47,424 bases of DNA, from NCBI GenBank assembly GCA_000934665.2, contig JYFJ02003009.1, forward strand, positions 1-47,424, given 5' to 3'. The stretch's first letter is position 1. Every line of letters begins with the position of its first letter. The position numbers and the translations under genes were made by a program. Below are positions 14,233 through 26,054 of the stretch, one piece after another. The stretch is from Catajapyx aquilonaris (lineage: Eukaryota). The notes beneath the pieces are model-generated. The model was not told where the DNA came from and did not search any database. It saw nothing but the letters and a program-made list of their open reading frames with translations.

Positions 14233-14370
14233 CAGTGGACCCTCTCTGTACACATGTGGATTCAACTAATCATGGACTGAAAATATTCAGATTAGTAATA
14301 AATATTTAAAATATTGGTATCCACAGGAGGTCCCCAAAACCAATCCCCCGGAGATACAGAGGGCCCACTG
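14233..14370. mobile_element. Tigger/pogo-type (MER2-like) MITE
   Basis: TIRs CAGTGGACCCTCT ... AGAGGGCCCACTG (1 mismatch), flanked by TA on both sides (14231-14232, 14371-14372); 138 bp, non-coding. Confidence 0.8.
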
Positions 14371-14784
14371 TATTGGGTATTTGAAGTAGCATCTATTACT
14401 AATGACGTCAACATGATTGACTGCCTTACTGAACATAGATTGAACAGGATCACTGTGAAGTGATAGGACATATTACTTGTGACTTAGCAGATCCATGGTC
14501 CTGCAAAATCATCAAAAAGCATCCCTAACAATACTGGCCCAATTAAAATAACATGTTAATAGTCAGCAGCTCTCGGAATAAGTTAGTGCTCTAATCTGGC
14601 TCCACCAGTTCATTCAATGACTATTTTAACATTTAACATGATATGGTAATAAGTTCTGAGGTTGTCTAATAATTGATGCTATGCCCAAATTCCATGCATA
14701 CTACACCCTTTTCATTAAATGGACATGTGCTATAAATCGTAAAAAAAAAGAGGAGTTATTTCACTTTGTTCAAAACACCGCTAA

Positions 14785-14911
14785 GGGCCGGTTTCACCGA
14801 GCTCAGTATATGATAAAACCAGGGTTCTTTCTCAAAATCCGTATCTATTTGTATGGGATTTTCCTAAAGAAACCTGGTTTTATCATATACCAAGCTCGGT
14901 GAAACCGGCCC
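14785..14911. mobile_element. PIF/Harbinger (Tourist-like) MITE
   Basis: Perfect 19-bp TIRs GGGCCGGTTTCACCGAGCT ... AGCTCGGTGAAACCGGCCC, extending imperfectly inward; TAA target-site duplication at 14782-14784 and 14912-14914. Confidence 0.88.
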
Positions 14912-15436
14912 TAAGCCCAACTGAAACAGAAAGTCGGTTCCAAAACTAGCACATATTTTATTTACTTTCTTCGACCTTCCAACCAGTACATGGCTATTCA
15001 CATCTACACAACACACCTACTCGTGACATCCACTACCTCGAGGCCTTCTCTTGATATGTCTCGTTATGTTTCCAGTGATGATATGTATCAGTTGGACAGT
15101 GTTACCAGGACAAAAAAAAGGAAACTCAAAAATGTTTGTGAAGTGATGTCTTCTCAAGAACTACAGAAACACTTTTATTCCAGACAAGGTGCGGACGACA
15201 CAAAAGTACACAATGACACATAAGGTGTGTGTTTGTGTGTAAAACCTTAACCGAATGAAACGGAAAAGAACAAGTAGGGACGTCGCGCAACAGTATAAAA
15301 TAGGAAATTAAATTAAGAAGGTTTATAAAATCACAATAAAAGTGTCCCCACAATGAAATGAAATGCAGTAAAATGTACAGAAGTAGACCAACCACCTTCC
15401 TATTTAGCTTAGAGAATGTCTCTTTTGTTGATGTTT

Positions 15437-18400
15437 TTAATTGTACTGCTCTGGCATCACGTATGAGATGTCGTCCCATGGATGACGATACAGCCCTTGC
15501 TTCAGGCGCCTCTGGTCCAAGTAATGGCCTGAAAGCAAAGGAAGGTTTAGACACACTTCACTCTCCAGCCATTGCATTAGAAACTCACCAATGAATCCTA
15601 TGCTGCGTCCAAGCACAAACAGGCCGTTGATGGTCCCGACCTCAATGTACTCTTGCGCCTCCTCAAAGGTGAAGCAGCCACTGTTGCGCAGCAAATCTAC
15701 GAAGGACACCGCTATCACTCCGTCCACATTGAGGATGAGGTTAGGCTTCTTGGAAGTGGTGATCTTCTCAACCTCCAAGGCATAGTCAAGGAGGGGAGTG
15801 GATGGGAAGTTCTCCTTCACATATTCCTTTATGATCTTCACCCGCATGTCAGGGTTGTTGATCTGCAATAGACAAGGAGTATATGAGACGTGAAGGCCAA
15901 CATGTTAAGTGCAATGTTGTGTACGTTACACTGTACAGCAAGCTGGATACTGCTCAATATTCAGTGACAGAAAGTTACGCAGTTAGTTATGAATGAGTCG
16001 AATACTAACCGACTTGACTCTGTGTCCGACACCCATGATGAGTTGCCCCTTCTTGCGCATTGAATTCACAAATTCCATGGGGATGAGCCCGCTGTCGTAT
16101 GCCTCACTGAATTGCCTTGCAGCTCCATCGAGTGCCCCGCCAAACCTGTCGCCAATGGTCAGCAAGCCAGACACCAGAGACGAAACAAGATCTTTCCCAG
16201 CACGTGCACATACAATGGTGTTGTGAGCTCCAGATACAGCTGGTCCATGATCTGCAGTTACCATCAAGCACATCTCAAAGAAGTTGCATGCATAGAAAGG
16301 TAGTCGCCGTTGGAACCATAATAGAGAGATGACTCCTCCAAGGCCCATGTTTTGCTTGAGGACATCACTGATTGGCATCCCAGCATACAGCAGCTCCTGC
16401 CCTCGCTCGTCACATATGGATGTCATGAAGGAGGCTGGTTTGCGGATGAGGCCCAGCTCTCGTGCCCAGCTAAAGTCCATGGGCACTGTCGGAGGGGGAA
16501 CTTCCGGCTGGGGAACAATGACCTCGGCCTTAACCAGCTGGTCATACACCCGACGAATCATTTCTCCAAGCTCATCAAAATTGGGTGGGACATATGCTCC
16601 AGCCTCTGCCAGAGCCTTGTTCTTGGCTGTGGCCGTCTCCCGGTCAGAATTGGCACAGGCACCAGCATGGCCAAACTGGACCTCTGCCGTGAACATGCCT
16701 GCACAAGTGCCAATGCACCATGCAACAAGAGGCTTGGTAATGCGGCCACTCTTGATAGCTTCACACACTTCATACTCCTCCACACCACCAACTTCGCCCA
16801 GGAGAACTATCATGTGGATCTGCAATTTTAAAAATCCAAAAGTTATGGACAAAATGCACCACAAAATTCTCTTTCCATAACTGACAATTATTTGTTAACG
16901 ACTAGTGAACATTTATAGCAAAATCGTATCTGGCTAATTTAGAAGCTTTTGCTACATACCTCTGGATCAGCCTGGTAGCGCAAGATGTGGTCCATGAAGG
17001 TGGTCCCTGGATAGCGATCTCCACCAATAGCAACACCTTCATAAACACCATTGGATGCCTTAGATATGACGTTGTTGAGCTCATTGGACATCCCTCCGGA
17101 GCGGCTGACATAAGCCACACTCCCTGGACGGTACAGCTTGGAGTGCAGGATGTTGTCCATCATCCCTCCGGTGTTGCCAATCTTGAAACAGCCTGGCTTA
17201 ATGCCTCCAACAGTGGCTGGCCCAATGATGCTGACTCCCTTGGCATGAGCCTCCTTGTTCAGCTTACGGGTCATGTTTTCTGGGATACCTTCAGCAATGA
17301 TAGCTATTGTGCGGATTTGTGGGTGTTGCATGGTTTCCATGGCTGACTCATAGGCAGATCGCAAGGAGGCAAAGTTAACAAGGACATCTGCATCTGGGTG
17401 CTTTTTGTATGCATCTGCCATGTTCTTGTACACAGGGATGAGGATCTCCTTATGCCCCCAGTAGAACTTCTGCTTGTGGTCACCAGTGAAAGGGTAGACC
17501 ATAGCTGCCACAGAAGGTTCCTCCCGACGGCATACAAAGTCAAAGTCAAGCATTCCTTGCACAGCTCGGGTCTGCATGCCCCAGATCACTGCCTTGGTCT
17601 TCTTGGTGAAGGGCACGCGAATGGAATCACCTCCATCAAAAGCTGGTGGAGATGAGGAGGAAGGTGGAGGAGAGGCTGCTCCCTCAGGCTTGCTAGTCTT
17701 GCGAGATGGCACGGGACTCTCCTGTGAATAAGGTTCAGATGTTTGATCAGATTTCCAGATGTTCCCACTCTTATAATTAGTACCTCTCATATTAAATAGT
17801 TTTTCAATACATTTGTAGCACCTCTATTGGCACTATAATAGGATAAACTGTCAATCTGTTTAGGTTTATTATCCATGTGAAAATTATTGAAAGACCTCTA
17901 TCAGTTTAGATAGCTTCTACGTACCGACTTGTTCTGCCCTCCAGGAAGAAGGAAATTGGCAGTAGAAAACTCAGCAGTGGGCTCCTGCGGGATGGGACGC
18001 TTCCCCAATGCCATCCCAACAATGGCTGTCATGTGAGTCTCAGGCCCAAACACAAAAAGTGGGATCCCCAGACTCTTGGCCACGTCCCTCATGACCCTCA
18101 ACCCCTCCTGGTAGTTGGGACCGGCCCTGCGTGCAAATATGGAGATCTTGTGCTCCACCAGCAACGGCTGGAACTCTTGCAGGGCTGTTACTATCCCCTT
18201 GAAAGTGGAAGCCACATTTGTGAAGTTGGCTATTCCGCCACCAATGATGAGAACTTTCCCTCTGGGATGCTTCTGCTTCGTCATCAGCTGCAGGATGGTC
18301 TTTGCGTACTCATAAGTTTGCTGCTCTGATGGAGCTCCAGAGTATTCTCCATAGTTGGCCAGCTCAGATGCACCTCCTAACTCGCAGATGGTGTCACTGT

Positions 18401-21400
18401 AGATGACCGATGCACCTCCACCAGCCACCATGGTCCAGATTCGTCCAGTGGGGTTCAGTAAGGTTAACTGTAGCAACAGAATGCATAAATTTAAAAAACG
18501 TAAACAAAGGATGTGTACATGTAAATTATAATTTAAGTAATTCATTTGATTGAAGAGCACATCTAATGTTAAGCCAAACTTCAATAAATGATATGGCAGT
18601 CTCGAACATGAACAATGCAATATTGTACAATATTAATCACAATTCAGACAGTCATTAATTAGTGAAGGAAATCAATAACATCCACTCCAATGCTAAAAAT
18701 ACGAATGCGGTTTTTGCTATGGCCCACATTTCCCCTGCCAAGTGAATGCAGTTAAAATAATTTTTCTGCTTCCTTCGCTCCATGTTTTGTGTGCTCCGAC
18801 TAGCGAGTTACGTGCAAGGCCTAATTGCGGCATCCCAAGATCCACCTTATCTGTACATCTTCCTGACAGTGAATGCAGTCCTGCATAATCATTAGACTGA
18901 TTTATTTCATTTCATTGGAAATATGCTTTGAGTATCTGTCATACCAAAGAGACGTAAGAGACGTAACCGAAATTAAACTTATTACGAGATGATGTAACAA
19001 AAAGCAGCACATCAAGAATATTTCGTAAGATCTAGCTTGAAATTTTTTGCCTGCCACGAGAAGGTCTCAATTATTCTTGCTTAGATAATGCTTATCACAA
19101 CCATCACACACTTGAGCATCTCTAACCACTAAAAATAGGATATGTGCTAAAAATACATGACTGTTAGATAACTTGATGACGGAGGCCATGAATAACTCTG
19201 AGGTACAATTATTTCTTCTGCATTATTGTGGTAGGCACGAGAGCAGAAAAAAACGTATGATTCACTTCACTGTTTTCCAGGGGTAAATCACGCGTCAAGT
19301 CCGACCAAGTCCAGGCCCAAGTCCGTTGTACGCTCAACTGCCGAGTGATTTACCCCTTGAATGTCTTGGAGTATGACAATAACGTAACAATTTTTTTAAT
19401 CTGACTACAATTAACTCACACATTGGCTAGAATTTACATTTTTCTTGTTGTTATTATTATTAGTATTATTATCAGAATTCTTTGTTAATCTAATAAAATT
19501 CGCCCTCTTGTCAGATTAACAATGAATTATAAATCCAACATACCTTGAGGGAAGCCCCACTCTTGGCATCCAAATCCGCAATGTAAGCTTCCTCTGGGTA
19601 GGCATCTCGTCCGAATGGAGGTGGATACTCCACCTCCCCCCATTTGGCGCGGCACACAAAGTCAGCTGTGGCATCAAGCTTAGCTGCCAGATCCAGGATG
19701 TACACCGACCCCTTTGTGACCACCAGGGGATTGATCTCCAGGTAGGTGAAGCAGAGGTCCACATAGTTCTTGTACAGGGCATGGATGAACTTGGCCACCA
19801 GAGCCTGCTTGTCCTTAGCCACATTCTTCAGGAGCTTCGACTGTATAGTGGACTCGGAGATCTCCTGGTCAACGGGAACCTCTAGACGTAGAGCCTTGGC
19901 ATCCACGTCACCAATGTCCACTCCACCTTCGTGGTGGAAAAGGATGGTATCGCCATCACGATGTGAGTAGATGCACACGTACGCCTCTTCTTCCTGCAAA
20001 CAGTGGTTAGTGTAAGCCACAAGGTCAAGTTTGATTTGCCGTTAATTCTCTTCCAGCTTCGTTTACAATGCAATTCCAGCATATTAGCACGGCCATTTCT
20101 ATCACCATTTGAGAAATTCAAGCAACTGTTGTGTAATATGTATATTTCAAATTACCATCACCCCACTCAAATAACTACCATCGCAAAGTACCAAATTGGT
20201 ATCATAAAGTATAAGTGCTGCATGAAAATAGTTAAATTCCACGGCAGGGATATTAAATGATTCTGCAAGTTGTAATCAAGCAAGCAATAACATTTTTTTG
20301 TAATACGCCTTGCCAAATTACAAGAGTTACTTCCACATCACACAAAAAATTCTGTTCAATGACAAGAAGCTATAAATTGGCTGTATCTTCTGGTGTTTGG
20401 ACTTGAACAGGCAAACAGTCAAGAGATAAACCAGACCTACTAATTTCTCACATAAGTTGGTAAATATTTTGATTGCATGTTTACTCTAATTTCTGAGGCA
20501 ACAAAAGAATTACAGTGATCCTTTCAAGCTGTTCAGATTAACACACATTTCCACATTATTACACAGCAATCATGACTCTTGCAACAAATGTCAGCCTCCA
20601 CATAAATTACATCTGAGTGTCCTTTAATCATGATGCACATAATACTTACTTGAGTGTGAGCAACAAACGGTTCGATGATGAAGTTGCGCAGTTTTCCAGA
20701 AGCTCTCCCCACCTGTAATGGAACAAAAGGCTGCTGATTACTCCTGAACTATTATTGAAGGCCATTTATTCCCACACTATTGACACTCCTCTTACATGCG
20801 ACCCATGTGTGCTTGCACACTCAGGCCAGAAAGCATGTCACCAAGTCGTGACTCACTTCATGACCCTCCACGTGCAATTACCGCAATAATCAGTGATCGA
20901 TAAAAATATTGTGTCACTGATATTGCTCAATACTCTCAACCCAGGAAACTGAAGAGGTCATCATTCATTGATAATAAAACCCATAAAATATGAGGACATT
21001 TTATTGCCCTTTCCAGTCACTGCAATGAAATCTGGAGTTTGGTTACGCCTCTAGGGTACGACCTTGGCAAGGTTTCCCAGCCCAGCAGATCAATAGAGAG
21101 ACACATCATCTGATCCACACTCTTCGGGAGCCAAATTATTCTCCACCCACGCTTTTCTTCCCCGCAAAATAAATTCGCAAAAAAAAAAAAAATCGGGACG
21201 TCAGTACCTTGGAAAAACAACACGTAAGATTAAGCCTTGAAAAAAAAAATTTTTTTGCCCGAATTTTTCTCTGTCAACGCGCGGAAAAAATTTGCGTGCG
21301 AAATTTTCGCAGCCATTGCGTTATGATCCTTGACGTAAGTGATGAACAGGTTCCTTTCTGGCGATAACGGGACCATGAACGGATTCTGGCCTCATCCACT

Positions 21401-22946
21401 GGGCACCAGGGAAAAGGTCAATTTTTTTTTATTTTTTAAAAAATCTCCCATTGCATTTGCAAGAACTGGGTGGGAAAAAAATGTTATTACAAATGAAAAC
21501 TCATTGTTCGCTTCAGGGTACACCGTGCAATTGTTGATTTGCACATTTCCTATCATGCAAATTCATTTTCCCACAAAATTGCAATCTGCTTCCCAAAAAC
21601 TAATAATTTCTTGCACCCAAATTGCAGGTATGATCCAAGGCCGGTGGTCAGACTCAAAATGTTACATCACGTTAGAAGTGAGGCATAAAAAAGGGAAGTA
21701 TTAGTATGCGGTAGCAGCACTTAGGTAATAATCCAGAGGATTTTATCTCCCAACAAGTGACGTCTGGTAATATCTAGGGGTGACTACCGGGGTTAAAAAG
21801 TCGAGATGTATTTCCACTTGTATCTATACCCCTTGTTTTTTTTACAGGCGTGTGCGACGCCCTGTTGGGATGGGATGGCATTTTGAATGGTTTTTTGATG
21901 CAATCGGTTAGCGTTTTGCAACCAGGGAAGGTTTCCCTACATTCAAGGTCGACCCTGGGGTCTCAGTAGATTTCTTAATAGGGATGGTTAAAAAAAAGTT
22001 GTTGCCTTCCAGCATTCAAGACAGCCAACTAGTCATTCGTGATAATAAAGCAAACTGAGTAAAACAAAACAAAAAAAAACATGTGGTTCAAGGATGGGGG
22101 GGATTCCCGAATGACCGGCATTGAAGTTATGCAGCATCCAGGTGCAAATCTCATGGGCATGAGTCCAATTAGGATTTACATCGCTGGTAACAAGAGTGAG
22201 AAAATTGAGTCGCACGGACCTTGTCATTATCTCCAAGGTGATATTAAAAACATGCAATCAGACAGCTATCTCCGTCATCTTAGGAAGTAATTTTAGCTGA
22301 ACTACACATGTGCCTATGAAATGTACGGTGGGAAGAATTTTCTCATTTCGCAACATCTAACGTAACACTAGTGATAAATTTAGCATCACGCTCGTATACA
22401 ATTCTGACTAAAATGCCGTATGACGAAACTACCTTCCCCATGATCTGTCTTAATTGTTTGCAGCGGTACCATCTTCATTTTCGCAGGACTTGAAAATATT
22501 GAGCTTTCGGTTGTTCAGTATTGCCCGACTACAAATTTATATTTTTGCCAACTACATGCAGATGTTCACCTACCTGAGTATCTTTGTTCATACGATCGCT
22601 GATCCACGCCTTGACTTCCTCTGCCTTAGCGTTCACTTTGATCAGTCCCAATTTACCTCTGCGCTTGATCAACTGATCCGGCTTCACCACAAGGGCCTGG
22701 AAAATGTATGAAACACAGTATAATCGAATGTGAACAAGACGAATGCAACGAACGGTACGAATGCTTTAAAAATGCGGGTGCAGTACAAACCTCTGAGAGA
22801 ATCCATGGGTTCTTCTGCACCAGGTCGTGCCACTTGCTGTCCTCAGTGACTGTCGCAAACCTACATGCCGCTGCGCCGCAACCGCTGGGCAAGTTGCGGT
22901 TCAGTATGTCCTTCCCGGTGGCCTCTCTGATTGCTTTGGCTGACAT
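15437..22946 (-). CDS. ACLY: ATP-citrate lyase; 9 coding exons, about 1090 aa
   Basis: Exons 22946-22791, 22696-22574, 20712-20650, 19993-19544, 18467-17925, 17721-16960, 16819-16010, 15862-15589 and 15528-15437 sum to 3273 nt in frame. Motifs [57 protein letters not shown] (phospho-His), [12 protein letters not shown] and C-terminal [11 protein letters not shown] 5' UTR intron probably spans 22982-23150. Confidence 0.97.
19279..19357. mobile_element. Short inverted-repeat element (putative MITE) in ACLY intron 4
   Basis: 13-bp perfect IR AGGGGTAAATCAC ... GTGATTTACCCCT enclosing three CAAGTCC repeats; no clear TSD. Confidence 0.55.
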
Positions 22947-23059
22947 TGTCGCTGGACTTTAAACTGGTCAAAAAAATATCCTGCAAAACCGAAACAATCA
23001 AAATGAGTACCGTACCAATTTGACAAGACCCCCCGTTGGCACCCCTGTCAGGTCACATG

Positions 23060-23470
23060 TTCCCAATCGCCCCAATCCCAACTGGCCTACATGTCACGTG
23101 ACCCAGCAATGGTGCCAATGACGTAATCGAACAATTGGTCATAACGGTACCTTTTTTTTCCTTTCTTAAAATTAAAAAAAAGTCGCTGTCCTTTTCCCGC
23201 AACCGGGAGAGCTCTACGTTCCGCCAAAAGTGCCAACGCAACGACTCCTCCTTCCGAACTACCTGCCGACCGGCTTCTGCTCCTTCTATTTCACTGTCGG
23301 CTGCCGACCTCCTCCCTTGCAGCGTTGGAAATAAAAACACGCGATTGTTAATTCCAACCCTGCCGATCGCACGTCCTGTGGCACCACCGCTGACGTCACA
23401 TGACGTCACACAACCGCAAAATTTTATGTGCGAAAATTGAAGGTTTTTTATACAATGACGTCATTTGTGT
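23060..23470. promoter_or_regulatory. Bidirectional ACLY/NSUN6 promoter region with CRE, E-box and CCAAT sites
   Basis: TGACGTCA at 23391, 23401 and 23456; GTCACGTGAC palindrome at 23093-23102; CCAAT at 23063, 23072 and 23115; lies between divergent start codons 22946 (-) and 23666 (+). Confidence 0.7.
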
Positions 23471-23665
23471 AATTGGCGTACGAATAGGGGAATATTTTTA
23501 CAATTAAAATTTTTGGCGTGCGTCAATTGGGCAACGTGGCTCTTCGTGTACAGGGTGTGTACACGTGCGTATGATCACATGTAATGAGTGTGTAAGTAGC
23601 ACGTGCTGCTTAAATGCGTGCATAATGCATATTAACAGGTCCTTTTTATTGCAGGGGCTGAAAAT

Positions 23666-25808
23666 ATGGAGGTTTTTCAAGAAGGAGTTTTGGACTACTT
23701 GAAGGCTACGTACTGCGATGATGTACGCTGAGTGATCAATGGGTCAATGTCTGGGGTTGTCCATACTCATATACAAGGAAAAATGGGCAGAAAAATGTTA
23801 TGTCACCATCATGTTTATTAGGATAAATTTATTGTACAATTTATTAACACTTTGCTAGTGATGCAGGAGCGTTGTGCTGCTACAGAAACACTTTCAAAAA
23901 AAATTTGTTGCATTTTTCTTTCTCTAATAACGCCTTTAATTGATGGTTCATTCAAATTAGGGCATGTACATGAGACTTATAGTTCATTTCACTTAGATCA
24001 TAGAACATTCATAGCTTACACATGTAATTTTAAAGATACCGGTACACTAGAACTTGTTCTTTTTAGGAAACCACATCAAAAGTGCTGGAGTGGCTGAGGA
24101 CACCTCCGTGCAAGAGTTACCTGCGACTGAATACACTTGAAGATGTGTCGCACATTGAAGATGAACTTAGAGATGTGCTTCTCCAAATGTATGAGGAGAA
24201 GAAGGCACCAGTTCCACACGTAACGAAGGTTGCTGGAATTCCAGATGCTTTGGAGTTACGTTCGGTGGGTCTTAGAGATGGGGTGGTGCCAGTAGAAACT
24301 GAGGTCATGGTTGACGTCAGGTGCGGTGCCGCTGTCATGCGAGGTGCGTATGTGTACGCACCAGGAGTGCTGTCGCTTCCACCTCTTTCAATGCCAGGAG
24401 AGACAGTGTCAGTATATTGCGACCTGGCTGGCCAGTGTTTGCGTGGATCCAAGGCTTTTGATGGATCAAAGCAGTTTTTAGGTAATGGCATTCTGCTGCA
24501 GCCACGGAAGGACATATTTGGCAGTGATACCATTCCAAGCGGAGTTGCGGTTAAAATGGTTGATCCGTTATGGGATTGTCCTAGTCTGGGAGACTGCTTC
24601 CAGGACAAGGTTATGCTTCAAAATTTACCTTCCATTGTGTGTGGGCACGTGTTAGATCCGCAGCCAGGAGAAACAGTGCTGGACATGTGTGCTGCACCAG
24701 GTGGGAAAACCGGACATCTAGCTTCACTGATGCAAAATAAAGGGATACTGGTTGCATTAGATCGCTCCAAGTCTAAGATTGAGACCATGAAGGGACTTTT
24801 GAACATGCAGTGTGTCTCAGTACATCAGTTTGACTCAACGAAGGCAGTGGACCTTGAGGCTAGGGAACTGAAGGACACACGGCCACCTTTTCCACCAGAA
24901 AGTTTTGATCGTGTTCTGCTCGATGCACCTTGCAGTGCACTGGGACAGAGACCACAAATTTGCAACCGAATGAGCTTGAAGGAAGTGGCTTCATACCCTG
25001 CCTTGCAGAAAAGGTTATTCAAAGCAGTGAGTACCAGTTTTTGTAATCTCCTTTGTTAAAAATCAGTAGCATTTGTATGGAATTGCCCTGCAACAAGGAC
25101 ATGCCAATATTATATTCATTGTTGAAGGGTGATATTGCAATAATGATAAGACAATAACCACATAATGACGGTATAAAATAACAATGCTGTCATGCCTAAT
25201 GTAATAATTCATTTGAGAAGATCCCAATAGGTGACAGCCAATCTAGTCAATGATCAATGTTCAAGCATCAGCCCATCATCCTTTTGGGGCCAATGTCCAC
25301 TTATAATCCATTGATCTATCAGTGGTCTGACTTATTATGAGGTGCACTTCACAATACAAATTATTATTTAATCTCTTTACCTGCTAGCCAAAACATAGCC
25401 TATGCTAGATTATATATCATCAGCATGTGAATAACACAAAACCACGAAAATTTGACTTAGATTTGACTTTAATGCCCATGATATGACGTATGAATCCAGT
25501 GCACTGGAGGAAATTAATTTTTCACTTTCTTTCAGGCTGTGAATTTGGTGAAATTGGGCGGTGTCTTGGTGTACAGCACTTGCAGCATTGCTGTTCAAGA
25601 GAATGAGGATATGGTTCAGTGGGCCCTATGGACTTTTCCAGCAGTTCTGACTTTGGAGGAATCTAAACCACGATTTGGTGGAGTAGGACTCGGAGAATGG
25701 TCTGGAGCGGAATTGGTGCAGAGGTTTGACTGTATGCAGAGTCCACATCTTGATACTATTGGATTTTTTATTGCCAGATTTAGAAAAGTAGGCAGGTACG
25801 TTAAATAA
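23666..25808 (+). CDS. NSUN6: tRNA (cytosine-72-C5)-methyltransferase NSUN6; 3 coding exons, about 429 aa
   Basis: Exons 23666-23722, 24067-25026 and 25536-25808 (1290 nt). PUA-like segment AVMRGAYVYAPGV, LQNLPSIVCGHVLDPQPGETVLDMCAAPGGKT (SAM motif I), DAPCSALGQRP (motif IV Cys), YSTCS (motif VI Cys) and DTIGFFIARF. Confidence 0.93.
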
Positions 25809-26054
25809 AATCATTACAATGTGATAACAGCTAGTATTCTCTGACTTACAGTCCTCTCCATGTATTTATGCCTCATTGTCATTTGTCACAACTTGCTGGA
25901 GTCCATTAAGGAAATGTGCAGAATTATGAATAGGTGGTGTTACATCGCATGTAATCACACTCATAATGATCGAGATGGACTTGACAGAGAGCTCTTCCAA
26001 CAAGTTTGTATAAAATATTAATTTCATATGATGCAGATGAAACACCTCAACTGA

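Noticed and set aside
16329..17655. Long + strand ORFs (183, 159, 119 aa and others)
   Set aside because: Antisense shadows of ACLY exons with no independent homology or splice structure.
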